DNA of 62,464 nt, counting the filler, from an uncultured bacterium (GTDB lineage: Bacteria > Hinthialibacterota > Hinthialibacteria > Hinthialibacterales > Hinthialibacteraceae): NCBI GenBank assembly GCA_964449065.1. It is 15 parts of 15 records of this genome, joined end to end, with 100 filler letters (N's around TTAATTAATTAA, not from the genome) between each part and the next. Parts side by side here need not be neighbours in the genome. Positions count along the whole stretch, not along the records: positions 29,609 to 33,697 come from CAYVAZ010000411.1; positions 33,798 to 37,873 come from CAYVAZ010000412.1; positions 37,974 to 42,035 come from CAYVAZ010000413.1; 12 more parts are not named here. The stretch is one strand, 5' to 3'. The position numbers and the translations under genes are program-made. The number at the start of each line of letters is the position of its first letter. Position 1 is the first letter of the stretch. Shown piece by piece: positions 29,713 to 39,437 of the stretch. The notes below the pieces were generated by a model. It worked only from the letters and a program-made list of their open reading frames with translations. It was not told where the DNA came from and made no database searches.

Positions 29713-30735
29713 TTAAGTAAGGGATCGTTCGGGGTTGCGGATGAGGATGAAGAGTTCGGTAAGTTGGGCGTTCATGTTGAGGTAGCGGGACATGTCTTCG
29801 AAGATATCCAGCGCCCGTTCAAATGAGGCGATCCAATGGGAGGCGGGGACCGATTGCCATAGTTGAGGATATTCATCCGCGAGGTCGGTGTGAATGTAAA
29901 TGGGATTGTCTGATCCGCAGGAATAGGTTACGGCATCGCGTAGAAAGCTGACGAGGATTGCCAGTCTCATGCGGATATGTTTGCGTACTATCTCTTTGTT
30001 TTTTGAGGCGGTTTGAAACGCATCGACCATTTTCGCGGTGTAGGCTTCGGATTGGAGTTGATCTTGCAGCAAGCCGAAGACTTCATCACGGATCGAGAAA
30101 AAGTTCTCTCTCTGCCACATTTCGGCCTGCTCTAAATATCCCCCCGAAAAGCGGGAAAGGGTTTCGGCTTTGGATTCGGAATCCACCAACGCGTTTAGTT
30201 TTTCTTTGAGTTGATTAACGGGTGTCGCGGGCAGGCGCAGTTTACGGCAGCGGGATATGATTGTCGGAAGAATCGCGGAGATGGTATCGGTGGTGAGGAT
30301 GAACACGTTATGCGGGTAGGGTTCTTCCAGCAGTTTCAGGAAGCAGTTGGAGGCATCCAGAGTCATGCGGTGGCATTCGTTGATGACAAAGATGCGGTAA
30401 TTTGCTTCGTAAGGGTGCAGGACGGCGTTTTCTTGAATCTCACGGATTTGATTGATTCCATACGTGGTGCGTTTGAGTTGGGCTATTTTCAGTTCGAAGT
30501 AATCGGGTAAAGGGTATTTGGTATCGTCTATCTTTTTGCAATAATAGCATTTGCCACAGAAATCGTGTTCTACTTGCGGGCAAAGGATCGTCTTGGCGAT
30601 GGAGCGGGCGACGGTTTCCTGACCGGCGCCGGGGTTGCCGTAGATAATGGTGGTTTGATCCAGCATTTGGTGCTTGGAGGCGTTGATTACTGCTGTGCGT
30701 ACGGATGGATGGCAGAAGATCTGTTCCCACGACAT
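29713..30735 (-). CDS. holB: DNA polymerase III subunit delta'
   Basis: Degenerate P-loop 'GNPGAG', Zn site 'CGKCYYC', 'INQIREI', 'ASNCFLKLLEEP', 'LPTIISRC'. Confidence 0.9.
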   Translation of the reverse strand: MSWEQIFCHPSVRTAVINASKHQMLDQTTIIYGNPGAGQETVARSIAKTILCPQVEHDFCGKCYYCKKIDDTKYPLPDYFELKIAQLKRTTYGINQIREIQENAVLHPYEANYRIFVINECHRMTLDASNCFLKLLEEPYPHNVFILTTDTISAILPTIISRCRKLRLPATPVNQLKEKLNALVDSESKAETLSRFSGGYLEQAEMWQRENFFSIRDEVFGLLQDQLQSEAYTAKMVDAFQTASKNKEIVRKHIRMRLAILVSFLRDAVTYSCGSDNPIYIHTDLADEYPQLWQSVPASHWIASFERALDIFEDMSRYLNMNAQLTELFILIRNPERSLT

Positions 30736-30812
30736 TTGTGTTGCCCTCAATGAATTCTCAAGTTACACTATTTTTAATTTTAAATCGTACTCTTTACATG
30801 GTAGGCTGAACG

Positions 30813-32123
30813 ATGAATTTTCAAAGATTAATCATATTGATTATCGTTATTATATTCGGTATTGGTGTCTTTTTGTATATCAAAGAACAGCAGCCGACTC
30901 CACCACGGATTGCTGAAGAGCAACCCACATCACCGACAAAAATTCAAAAACAAAAGCCTGATCGTGATGTTGGCAGTGTCAACGCGGTATTGGTTTGTAC
31001 GAATCAGGAAATCCAGTCGGAAGTAGTGTTTGTGACCACGGATGAACCGCTTATTGAACTGCAATGCCAATTAGAAGACAACATTAATGTGCCGGATGGA
31101 TACCGTAAAGGATTGCCGCAGATTAAGTGGTATGCTTCTTCCGGGGAATTGAAGGGTTCGGATGTCGAGAAGAAGTGGGTGAATCCAGAACAAGGATTGC
31201 AGAATGTTATTGTGGGGGGGGAAGTTCCGTTGACGGCTATCGGAGGGGATACCAGCAAAATGATTCATGTTCCCTTTGAGGCGAGTTTGGAATTTATTGT
31301 TCCGGAATATGTGGAAGATATCAGCAGCGGGATCGTGAATGGTTTTGAGGTGGGGAAGTATCCTGATCCGACTGATCCGGATGATTTGGCGAAGACCGGC
31401 AGTCCATCGTTGGTGAGGAACAACGCGGATGCCTATCAAAAACCGAAAAAGTTTTATGAGATCAGCCCGGAGACGTGGGATAAAACGATATACCGGGATT
31501 ATGAATTATGGGAATTTGATTTGGACCCGCGGTTTACCGGCCATGAGATGCCGCGGTATATTGCGTTGACCCCGCAAGCGTTGAAAAAAATTGGGCTGTT
31601 GGAAGACCGGATGAACGCGGATGGAGTTGCCGTAACGAAGTTCAATTTGATTTATGGGTTCCGGTCGCCGAAATACAATTTGACTTCTTGGCGCGCGGAT
31701 GGTGAGGATTCGTTGAAGTCGCCGTTTTCGATGCACATGTACGGCAAGGCGGTCGATTTTATTGTGGATGAGGATGAAGATTTTGTGTTGGATGATTTGA
31801 ACGGAGACGGGAAAACCGATGTGAATGACGCGTATGTATTAAGCGATTATGTGGGCAAGATGGACAAAGACCTGTTGGAAGAAAAAAGCGATTTGATGGG
31901 TGCGCGGTTTGTGTATTATCATCACGATTTTCATCAGCGGGGCGCGTATGCGCAGACGCCTTATGTGCACATGGATGTGCGGAATTATTTGGGATCGAAC
32001 GGAATTATCAACGGGACGTTTCAGCAGACGATTGAATTGGATAAGACTAATCCGTATCAACTCAAAAAGCCCATCCCGCATTTGCCGTTTCAGCGGATGT
32101 TTGAGCGGTTGTTTTTGCGGTAG
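30813..32123 (+). CDS. Membrane-anchored protein with a C-terminal M15-type (Hedgehog/DD-peptidase) Zn peptidase domain
   Basis: 'GFRSPKYN...SMHMYGKAVD...YVHMDVR'; inserted 'DDLNGDGKTDVNDA' Ca-binding loop. Confidence 0.75.
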   Translation: MNFQRLIILIIVIIFGIGVFLYIKEQQPTPPRIAEEQPTSPTKIQKQKPDRDVGSVNAVLVCTNQEIQSEVVFVTTDEPLIELQCQLEDNINVPDGYRKGLPQIKWYASSGELKGSDVEKKWVNPEQGLQNVIVGGEVPLTAIGGDTSKMIHVPFEASLEFIVPEYVEDISSGIVNGFEVGKYPDPTDPDDLAKTGSPSLVRNNADAYQKPKKFYEISPETWDKTIYRDYELWEFDLDPRFTGHEMPRYIALTPQALKKIGLLEDRMNADGVAVTKFNLIYGFRSPKYNLTSWRADGEDSLKSPFSMHMYGKAVDFIVDEDEDFVLDDLNGDGKTDVNDAYVLSDYVGKMDKDLLEEKSDLMGARFVYYHHDFHQRGAYAQTPYVHMDVRNYLGSNGIINGTFQQTIELDKTNPYQLKKPIPHLPFQRMFERLFLR

Positions 32124-32127
32124 CGAT

Positions 32128-32415
32128 TTATGCCGCAGATAGTTTTTTTACCTTCAGTTTATTTCGCATCTGTTCTGCTATCCAAAGATCGTATTGCGTT
32201 TGTTGGTTCATCCAACTTTCTGATGAGGTGCCGAACGCGATTGATAAGCGAACTGCCATTTCCGGACTGATGCCTGTTTTTCCATTGATAAGGGATGACA
32301 AAGTAGAGCGGCTGACATCCAATGCTTTTGCCGTCTCAGAAATCGAGAGGCCAAGTGGTTCTAAACAGAGTTCGCGGATGATTTCTCCCGGATGGGGTGG
32401 ATCATGCATTTTCAT
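32128..32415 (-). CDS. higA: HigA antitoxin
   Basis: 'PPHPGEII', HTH, 'ISPEMAVRL', '[11 protein letters not shown]'. Confidence 0.93.
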   Translation of the reverse strand: MKMHDPPHPGEIIRELCLEPLGLSISETAKALDVSRSTLSSLINGKTGISPEMAVRLSIAFGTSSESWMNQQTQYDLWIAEQMRNKLKVKKLSAA

Positions 32416-32425
32416 ATTGCTACCC

Positions 32426-32704
32426 TCAATGATAATCTTCGTAATTTACTTCAACGGCATCTTTACCTTTAAACCGAAAGGTAATCCTCCAATTTCCGCT
32501 TACTTTTACAGCCCAGTACTCTTTTCGATTCCCGGATAATTGGTGCAGTAACAACCCGGGGAGATTCATGTCCAACGGATTTGTTGCTGCATGTAATCTC
32601 CCTAAAATAAGTCGAAGCCGTTTCGCATGAATTTCTTGTATTCCCGATTTGGTCCCTTTCAGGAAAAATTTTTCCAAACCTTTATGTTTGAAATCAATTA
32701 TCAT
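32426..32704 (-). CDS. higB: HigB (RelE/ParE-family) toxin
   Basis: '[10 protein letters not shown]', 'LHQLSG', '[11 protein letters not shown]', 'YEDYH'. Confidence 0.93.
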   Translation of the reverse strand: MIIDFKHKGLEKFFLKGTKSGIQEIHAKRLRLILGRLHAATNPLDMNLPGLLLHQLSGNRKEYWAVKVSGNWRITFRFKGKDAVEVNYEDYH

Positions 32705-32866
32705 AGGAAAGAAACGGACAGATTATATTTACGATCCATTTTATTCTATATAAACAATTTATCCAGATATAACTTTGAGGGTCAAACTTTCAGTCCGTTT
32801 TCCGCTCGCTTTCAACACGTACCGGCTGGAAGACGCAGCAACCCAAAATATAGATCCTTCTGGCAA

Positions 32867-33325
32867 TTACTCGATTTTTTGAGTTAAATTCGGCATCATG
32901 AGAGCGGATTGTTGTTCTGTTTTGTTGTGTTTGAGCGCTTTGTCTATGTTGTCTCTGGTTTCTTTTGATTTTTGCATCAGCGTTTTGAATTGGTGGTTTA
33001 GTTCGATCATTTCATGATTGTCTTTGACTGTTTTGATTTTCTTTTGGGCTTCATCGGGAGAGGCGAAGCATTTGTCTTTGAATTTCATGTAGAGGTTTAG
33101 GTATTGGGCGTAGATGCGGAGTCGGGAAAGCGTGAGGGTGTCTGAATCCTCTTTGGGCTGGTTGAGGTTGTCGATGACATCCTGGGCGAGTTTGTCGATC
33201 ATGAGTTGCAGGTTTTGCAGTTGCTTTTCTTCGAAAGATTCCGTTTGGCTTGACTGAGTGTGGCTTTGCGGTGATTGGTTTGTGCTGCCGTTGTGGTTAG
33301 GGCGGTTGTTTTTTGATCTGGACAT
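32867..33325 (-). CDS. Hypothetical helical protein
   Basis: 152-aa ORF with an AAGGTG RBS. Confidence 0.6.
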   Translation of the reverse strand: MSRSKNNRPNHNGSTNQSPQSHTQSSQTESFEEKQLQNLQLMIDKLAQDVIDNLNQPKEDSDTLTLSRLRIYAQYLNLYMKFKDKCFASPDEAQKKIKTVKDNHEMIELNHQFKTLMQKSKETRDNIDKALKHNKTEQQSALMMPNLTQKIE

Positions 33326-33514
33326 AGTTCACCTTCCTTTTTGTTTTTTCCTCTATAACTTGTGTTTTGTTTTCAAACTGTGCGGTTTAAATGAAAGAGT
33401 TTGGGTTTAAAGATTGTTTATCGTATTGATATTTTTAGAGATACGATAGAAATGAATTTCGGGGAAAATTGAAGGGAAATGTTTCAATTTTGTTTGTGAT
33501 GAGATGATTGAGGG

Positions 33515-33542
33515 TTGACGGTGTGGGGTTGGAAACTATAAT
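33515..33542 (+). promoter_or_regulatory. Sigma70 promoter upstream of tRNA-Asn
   Basis: TTGACG-16 nt-TATAAT. Confidence 0.7.
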
Positions 33543-33624
33543 TTTCATTCGCTTATTGAAAGTGATATAATCCAATAAGCCCTTCTTGGAGACAACCGGG
33601 AAGGAACAAACCTGCCCAAGATAA

Positions 33625-33697
33625 TCCCCTGTAGCTCAATTGGCAGAGCGGCTGACTGTTAATCAGTAGGTTGTTGGTTCGAGTCCAACCGGGGGAG
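33625..33697 (+). tRNA. tRNA-Asn(GTT)
   Basis: TCCCCTG acceptor, anticodon arm CTGA-CTGTTAA-TCAG, GGTTCGAGTCC; the contig ends at the discriminator base. Confidence 0.96.
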
Positions 33698-33797
33698 NNN
33701 NNNNNNNNNNNNNNNNNNNNNNNNNNNNNNNNNNNNNNNNNTTAATTAATTAANNNNNNNNNNNNNNNNNNNNNNNNNNNNNNNNNNNNNNNNNNNN

Positions 33798-33851
33798 ATG
33801 CGTGGCACAATGAATCCGAAATGGGTGGCACAAATCGAACCGAGTTAGCCA
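33798..33851. mobile_element. IS21-family terminal end
   Basis: Two tandem ~23-bp units (GTGGCACAA...CCGA) ending in CCA at the contig start. Confidence 0.65.
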
Positions 33852-34036
33852 AGTTTTCAAAACTACAGGAATTTCTAGAAACCGTTTAGATTTAGAATAG
33901 GCTCCACGAGCATACATACACTGATTGAAAGAATTGGACCTCGGGCGGAAGTATCCCTAAAAGTCGATTCGGTTAAAAATAAATAATCATATCAAAAAAG
34001 TTCAGGATATTAAGCCAGTTCAAAATTAGTCGACCC

Positions 34037-34504
34037 CTACTTACTTGCCTGCCAATCCCTATTCATAATTCTACTTCCTTGGGTATTCCCATAATTGCCT
34101 CGCAATTGACCCCCGCGATATATAAAGTCGTATCCTGCTTTACGAGATTCGTCTAACCGCTCCTTTTGCTTAAGCTCCCAAGCCGTGGTATCAAAATACA
34201 AGGTTTGGATAACTTCAAAGCGGCCCCTCTGGATGTCCTCTGCCTTAAGTTTTAATTCAATTATTTTTGAGTTCGATTCCGTAAAGTCCCAATTGCCTCT
34301 GGCGACCAGTTTTACTTCGAGTCCAAAAAGTGCCGAGTAGATGTAAACTGCCCCTTCCATGAACGAATTTAAATCCGTAGTTTCAGGATCAATCATTATG
34401 GGGTTGTGATCTGAAAATCCTTGCACAACTCCGGCTAAATTCAGTTTATCGGCTCTAGGGGATTTTCCGGATGAAATTTTTCGTAGTGCTTTTGTAATGC
34501 TCAT
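34037..34504 (-). CDS. Hypothetical protein (155 aa)
   Basis: Intact ORF with an A-rich leader and its own Bacteroidota-type promoter. Confidence 0.65.
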   Translation of the reverse strand: MSITKALRKISSGKSPRADKLNLAGVVQGFSDHNPIMIDPETTDLNSFMEGAVYIYSALFGLEVKLVARGNWDFTESNSKIIELKLKAEDIQRGRFEVIQTLYFDTTAWELKQKERLDESRKAGYDFIYRGGQLRGNYGNTQGSRIMNRDWQASK

Positions 34505-34524
34505 GATTAATAGTTTTGTTTCCC

Positions 34525-34576
34525 CAAATCTACTCCGTTAAAACCCATAATTTAATGTAAATCCAAGGTTGGATTT
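34525..34576 (-). promoter_or_regulatory. Bacteroidota -7 promoter element (TAGATTTG) with an upstream palindrome AAATCCAA-NN-TTGGATTT
   Basis: TAnnTTTG at 34525-34532 on the minus strand; perfect 8-bp inverted repeat at 34559-34576. Confidence 0.6.
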
Positions 34577-34577
34577 G

Positions 34578-35651
34578 TCATAATTTTTCTGCGATAAAGT
34601 CTGGGTAATGCCTGGACAACCATATATTCCACCGATCACTTTTGTCCATCTCTATTATGTAATACAAAGCCCTTGCTCTTCCCAGTCTTGGTATTATCTC
34701 CTCATTGTTAATTTGAGATTTAACACTTGATCGATATTTAATAAGGTTCGCTATCCTTTTACGACATGTGTCCCAATCCGCTCCAGTAATTCTTCGGTAT
34801 GTATTGATCATTTCTTTAGCGTGGTTGGGCACCTCACTATATCTTACGCCAGTAGGATGGTTCAACATGAGCAGGTACAAGGTAAGTTGCTGTGGGTCGA
34901 GGGTGAAGTAGATATTGAATAATGGAAACGCAATTTCTCTCTTGTAGACGTTGTACTCGAGTCTACTTAATTCAGGCTCTATCAACTCCTTCAAATAAGA
35001 AATAATCGCCCAGAGCAAGTCATTTCTACTGGTTGCTTCGCTAAGAATTAATTCAAGCTGAAACAAGTACGCTTTTAAAGCAAATGAGTCTTCGGCAATA
35101 ATTTCAATGACAGCAAGAATCGCATTGAGCGCCTCAACCTCCATACGTTCAGGATTATAGTGGGTTTCAATTTCCAGTCCAAGATCTACTACTTTATAGA
35201 GATCTTCATATCGCCATGACACTTGCCAAACTCGTCTGAAGCCTAGCCCATTAATCTCTCCTTCATCGAACTGATAAAAAGAACAGACAAGAAAACTGTC
35301 ATTTGGATCAATTCTCATCGCCGTGAGGTAATAGTCTAAGTCTAGCCACCTATTTATATGGAGAAAGTCTGACTCTTCCAATATGCCATAGTATTTCCCT
35401 ATGGTAGTTCCATACACATCTACCCATTTTTCTGGTATATCGCCCTTATGGTATACTACAACGAAATATTCATGCAGCATACAAAGGTTAAAGATATCCC
35501 GCACATGAATAGAATGTTCAAGTAGAACAGAAAGAGGCAAATCTATTCCATGTTCTGTGAAATCTCGAGAAATTTCAATGATCGAATCCCCATCAAGGTC
35601 GCCTCGAACTTGCGGATAAATAAACTCAAAAGGAAAAAAAAGAGCTTTCAT
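34578..35651 (-). CDS. Hypothetical protein with a C-terminal Bacteroidota-conserved, putative winged-helix regulatory domain
   Basis: 'LSRL...LDPQQLTLYLLMLNHPTGV...YRRI...SSVKSQIN...YYII' resembles the recurrent Bacteroidota 'LFLxHPEGI' domain; N-terminus unrecognised. Confidence 0.55.
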   Translation of the reverse strand: MKALFFPFEFIYPQVRGDLDGDSIIEISRDFTEHGIDLPLSVLLEHSIHVRDIFNLCMLHEYFVVVYHKGDIPEKWVDVYGTTIGKYYGILEESDFLHINRWLDLDYYLTAMRIDPNDSFLVCSFYQFDEGEINGLGFRRVWQVSWRYEDLYKVVDLGLEIETHYNPERMEVEALNAILAVIEIIAEDSFALKAYLFQLELILSEATSRNDLLWAIISYLKELIEPELSRLEYNVYKREIAFPLFNIYFTLDPQQLTLYLLMLNHPTGVRYSEVPNHAKEMINTYRRITGADWDTCRKRIANLIKYRSSVKSQINNEEIIPRLGRARALYYIIEMDKSDRWNIWLSRHYPDFIAEKL

Positions 35652-35682
35652 ACACCACTTCTTCTGTGTGTGAAATCTTATT

Positions 35683-36615
35683 CTATTTGTTCAGAACTCT
35701 GGGTAGCGCCCTTTTGTTCCGCAAGAAGTATCTAAACATTCCCGTATACTTTAACTCAGGGCTACTATACTTTTCTTTTATCTCCCGTAATCTTTGCTTT
35801 CGAAGCTTCCATTTTCTAATTTCCTTGGCTTTCAGTAATTCTGAACTTAGGCCTACGAGTGCGTTATATCTGTCTTTTTTTAGCTCGGGTCTATTGAGCT
35901 CAAAAATTTCTTCAATAGTTATGCGGGCTTTTTCATGCTTTTTGCCTCGCCTATATCTGGGAATTAAATTGACTTCTTTGTTTATATCCGAACTGTGATA
36001 CATTAAGAGTTTTTGCGGATCATCTAAATATGGGTCAATAACTAATGCCTTTTCCTTGTCTATTGCCCTTTGAATCTTCTGGGTGCTTCTCCATCTATTA
36101 GAGTCAGCAAAGAGGGGGTCTGCAGATAGTGTTCCTGCAATTGTATTGATCTCCTTAAGTGTGGTTCCTTTATGAATCTCCGGGCCCTGAACCCTAGGAC
36201 CTTCAATGGGAAACTTTGGCCCTTTTGCAAAATTACAGTCTTGACAACTTGATAGATAATTCATGTATGAATAGCCCATCCACCAATAAACAGATTTAGG
36301 CCTGAAATGCTCAACATTGAACGTTAATCCGTCCATAGGCCGATCACAATACGCACATTTTTGATTACTTTCTTTTAAGAGATTGTCTCTTGACTGACTC
36401 CATACTTGAGAGCCCTTCTTGCCAAAGTTTGGGTTCCAAAAGTTCTGATTTGAAGGTAATTCACCCGATTCGAATACAAATTTCAAAAGACGGTATTCAT
36501 AGGACTCTCGCCCAACCCCATAAAACTTTGCAGGCAGACGATCCTCAATGAACTCTCTATCGCGTTTTAGTTTAATCATAGAATGGTTAGTTGTGGTTGG
36601 TTCTAAAAGCTCCAC
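35683..36615 (-). CDS. HNH endonuclease (PtuB/TIGR02646-like)
   Basis: 'KCAYCD', 'VEHFRPKSVYWW', 'NYLSSCQDCNFAKG', 'VIDPYLDDP', 'ELNRPEL'. Confidence 0.85.
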   Translation of the reverse strand: MELLEPTTTNHSMIKLKRDREFIEDRLPAKFYGVGRESYEYRLLKFVFESGELPSNQNFWNPNFGKKGSQVWSQSRDNLLKESNQKCAYCDRPMDGLTFNVEHFRPKSVYWWMGYSYMNYLSSCQDCNFAKGPKFPIEGPRVQGPEIHKGTTLKEINTIAGTLSADPLFADSNRWRSTQKIQRAIDKEKALVIDPYLDDPQKLLMYHSSDINKEVNLIPRYRRGKKHEKARITIEEIFELNRPELKKDRYNALVGLSSELLKAKEIRKWKLRKQRLREIKEKYSSPELKYTGMFRYFLRNKRALPRVLNK

Positions 36616-37679
36616 GAACTCTTGTTCTTATTAGCTTCGTCTTGAAATCTTTTTTGAAATTCTAGCCTTAATTCTATGTCTTCAGCTTTAAAATCAGCGT
36701 AATTGAACCGTTGGTCCACCCTTGCCGTAGGGGGCCTCACAGTATTTCTAAGTTTTTCAAGTGCAATGCTTTCCGTAGATTCCATATTGAATAAACTAGA
36801 TTGCAGAATTTCGGCAATAGTTCTTTCTCTCGGATCAAAGTCTGCCTGGAAAACAGATGTTTCTGCAGTTTTGTAATTCCTTATTGAAAAAGCTTCGAAC
36901 TTTTTGGTTTGTTGAACGACTAATGGCTCCATACTTGTGCCTATAATCTGAGCGCTTCCATATATCCTGCGTAGGGCCACTAACAGGGCTCTTTGTTGAT
37001 TTGGATGTAAACTATGCCCCAAGTCGTCAATCAATAATACCAACGGATATCCGTCTATATATTTCCTTGAGCTATTAGTCGCACATACTGTTTCAACTTG
37101 TGCTACCAGGCCCATAAGACGGCTTTCTGTATCGCTTAAATTATGTGGCTTGAACATCCTCTGATCATTAATGTCTAGCCCGATTGCTTTCAATAATGCA
37201 TGAAATCTTCCTATGAAAATTGGTTCATTTTCATCAGTCTCGATTGTATCTGCATCACTACCCTCACTGTCTTCTAGGTTACGATTACTATGCAAAAAGG
37301 AAACACAAACACACAGAGGAAGATATTGAGAAGTATTCGAGGAATCGTAGATCCCACTTGAAGAACGGGTAATGACCTCTACATCCTCTTTACGCATGAA
37401 TGTGCACTTATATGTGATTAGCGTAGCTTCACCTTGCAATTGTACTTCAATGTAGCCGGAATTGCTTCCGGCTCTTAACCATTTACTATACTCCCGATTG
37501 GAACTAGATTCTTTTTGTTCTAAACAGTATTCGATTGCTTTCAGTATGGTTGATTTCCCAGACATATGAGCCCCAGTAACAATAACTTCTTCTAGTAATT
37601 GATCATGGTCGTCCAAAAAATTGAGTTCGAGGTACTGAAAACAACGGATTCTACTTAGGACAACTCTTCGAATTGTCAT
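36603..37679 (-). CDS. ABC/AAA-type ATPase (PtuA-like) with degenerate motifs
   Basis: 'IRCFQYLEL', Walker A 'GAHMSGKST', 'LSDT', Walker B 'LLIDDLGHSLHPNQQ', H-loop region 'QIIGTSMEP'; overlaps the HNH start. Confidence 0.8.
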   Translation of the reverse strand: MTIRRVVLSRIRCFQYLELNFLDDHDQLLEEVIVTGAHMSGKSTILKAIEYCLEQKESSSNREYSKWLRAGSNSGYIEVQLQGEATLITYKCTFMRKEDVEVITRSSSGIYDSSNTSQYLPLCVCVSFLHSNRNLEDSEGSDADTIETDENEPIFIGRFHALLKAIGLDINDQRMFKPHNLSDTESRLMGLVAQVETVCATNSSRKYIDGYPLVLLIDDLGHSLHPNQQRALLVALRRIYGSAQIIGTSMEPLVVQQTKKFEAFSIRNYKTAETSVFQADFDPRERTIAEILQSSLFNMESTESIALEKLRNTVRPPTARVDQRFNYADFKAEDIELRLEFQKRFQDEANKNKSSWSF

Positions 37680-37973
37680 ATTGATAGATTTTAATTTTTG
37701 TAACTTTTCAATATATAAATTCCCATGCGTATTACAACATATAATTGTAGATCAAAAGAGTAATTAACCTTTTAGATTTTTTATTGCATTCAATATGGTT
37801 GCGGTAGTAGTAAATACTCCCCATCCTTTAGACCACTTTGGTGCGATTCTTAGTTGAATTATGCGGCATCCTGNNNNNNNNNNNNNNNNNNNNNNNNNNN
37901 NNNNNNNNNNNNNNNNNTTAATTAATTAANNNNNNNNNNNNNNNNNNNNNNNNNNNNNNNNNNNNNNNNNNNN

Positions 37974-38172
37974 AGAGGGACGAGGTGAGGGTTCGGGAGG
38001 AATAAACCTCTCATTACGCGACTGCGTCTTGGGGAGCAATCGCTTTCATCACCCTCATCTCTTATCTTCTTCCAAAGGGAGAAGACGATAGAACTTGCGT
38101 TTGATTTAGAAAATTCGGTCTTTAACAACCCCCTTTTTTAGCAATATTAGATCATCAGTTGCGTAACATCAG
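37974..38172. mobile_element. Family-1 MITE-like element, right part (TIR TGCGTAACATCAG + TTA)
   Basis: Homologous to 20991-21103 and 21204-21380. Confidence 0.78.
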
Positions 38173-38214
38173 TTATTACCTATCATGTCAGCCTTGATGG
38201 ACTACTAGTTAAAT

Positions 38215-38490
38215 CTACTGCTTTTCCCGCACGTCTTGCTTCTTTTTTTCGCGGTTTTCTTCTTCGCGGCGGATATCTTCCTGCATTTGGGCTTTGATTT
38301 TTTGCATGGCCTGCATATCGCCGCCGGCTTTTTTAAGTTCTTCTTCCGCCAGGATTTTAATCTCAGCGATTTTGGCTTCGGATTTCTTTTGGATTTCGGC
38401 AATCTCAGCCTTTTGGGCATTGGTTAATGGGGCGCCGGAGGGGGATTCGTTCTCCAACCGTTCCATCGCCAGTTCATACGCGCTTTTCAT
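38215..38490 (-). CDS. Conserved small coiled-coil hypothetical protein
   Basis: 'MKSAYELAMERL...LTNAQKAEIAEI...AKIAE'. Confidence 0.8.
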   Translation of the reverse strand: MKSAYELAMERLENESPSGAPLTNAQKAEIAEIQKKSEAKIAEIKILAEEELKKAGGDMQAMQKIKAQMQEDIRREEENREKKKQDVREKQ

Positions 38491-38518
38491 AATATTATGC
38501 TCTTTTTCAAGTTATCGG

Positions 38519-38704
38519 TTATTTCTTCGATGTTGAACTGCCTTGAGATGAAGTTGATGAACCACCATTGATACTGTTAGAAGTTAATCCAAAGCCAGGT
38601 ATTGTTGTCGAAGGTCTTGGAACAGTTGGGGCTGAATTTATACCACCTTTCCTAACATTACCTTCTTTGATTACAGATATTTCACCATGATCCTGTTTTG
38701 CCAT
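38519..38704 (-). CDS. Small low-complexity protein coupled to the upstream membrane protein
   Basis: TAATG stop/start overlap; 'KGGINSAPTVPRP'. Confidence 0.55.
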   Translation of the reverse strand: MAKQDHGEISVIKEGNVRKGGINSAPTVPRPSTTIPGFGLTSNSINGGSSTSSQGSSTSKK

Positions 38705-39384
38705 TACTCATCATCCTTTCTGATCAGATTCTTTTCCATTTTAGCACCATATTTTAAAAGTGGAAATTCGATTGTATATTTATCTTTTGGTTTAGATAGA
38801 TAAATTCCCGGAGTTGTGGCTATTTGTTCACCACTAGAATTATGAAAAATAATAACATCCCTCAAAAACAATTCGTTTTTTTTATGGCCATAAGAGTACG
38901 CGTAAACCCAGCCATAATACGCTTTATCATCTTCTTTATCTCTTACAATCACCCATGGATTCATCCCGATATTAGAATTCATTAAAAAAGAAAATGTATC
39001 TAATTCACCATGTTTCTTCGTTACTTTGATGAACCGGGAATATTTGTGAGCGATTTTGTATGTGTCAAAGGCTGTTACACCCAATCCAAATAATAATGCG
39101 GTTACAGATACCCAAGTGATTTCATGGAAATCAATATTTTCGGTTGTTTTGGGGTTTACCAATGCCTTTGTGAAATAAAAAGTAAATTCTTCTCCTTTCA
39201 ACCAATAAATAATTGGACCTGTTAACCAAAAATACAAAAAATAACTCAAAAATCCAAATATAAAAGAATATATAACAACTTCATAAGCTTTGCTATCATG
39301 TTGATGGGTCAGTTCTTCAAACACTTTATAAGCAATAATTCCAGGCAAGAATATCAGCATTATGTAAAGTGTTAATTCTGACAT
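38704..39384 (-). CDS. DUF6338-like membrane protein (AT-rich)
   Basis: 'FLPGIIA', three TM segments, 'WVIVRD...YYGWV...ELFLRDV...GIYL'. Confidence 0.65.
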   Translation of the reverse strand: MSELTLYIMLIFLPGIIAYKVFEELTHQHDSKAYEVVIYSFIFGFLSYFLYFWLTGPIIYWLKGEEFTFYFTKALVNPKTTENIDFHEITWVSVTALLFGLGVTAFDTYKIAHKYSRFIKVTKKHGELDTFSFLMNSNIGMNPWVIVRDKEDDKAYYGWVYAYSYGHKKNELFLRDVIIFHNSSGEQIATTPGIYLSKPKDKYTIEFPLLKYGAKMEKNLIRKDDE

Positions 39385-39437
39385 CTGCTTTCCTTAACTG
39401 ATACAAAGTAATGTGAATTTGTTTGAAAGCATGAAAA

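Noticed and set aside
33798..33851. CRISPR-like repeat
   Set aside because: Only two abutting units with no spacers; fits IS21 terminal repeats; no cas genes or arrays seen in the window
37680..37873. Retron ncRNA upstream of the PtuA/PtuB-like pair
   Set aside because: No a1/a2 inverted repeats or msd hairpin recognisable and no reverse transcriptase on the contig; cannot be excluded beyond the contig end
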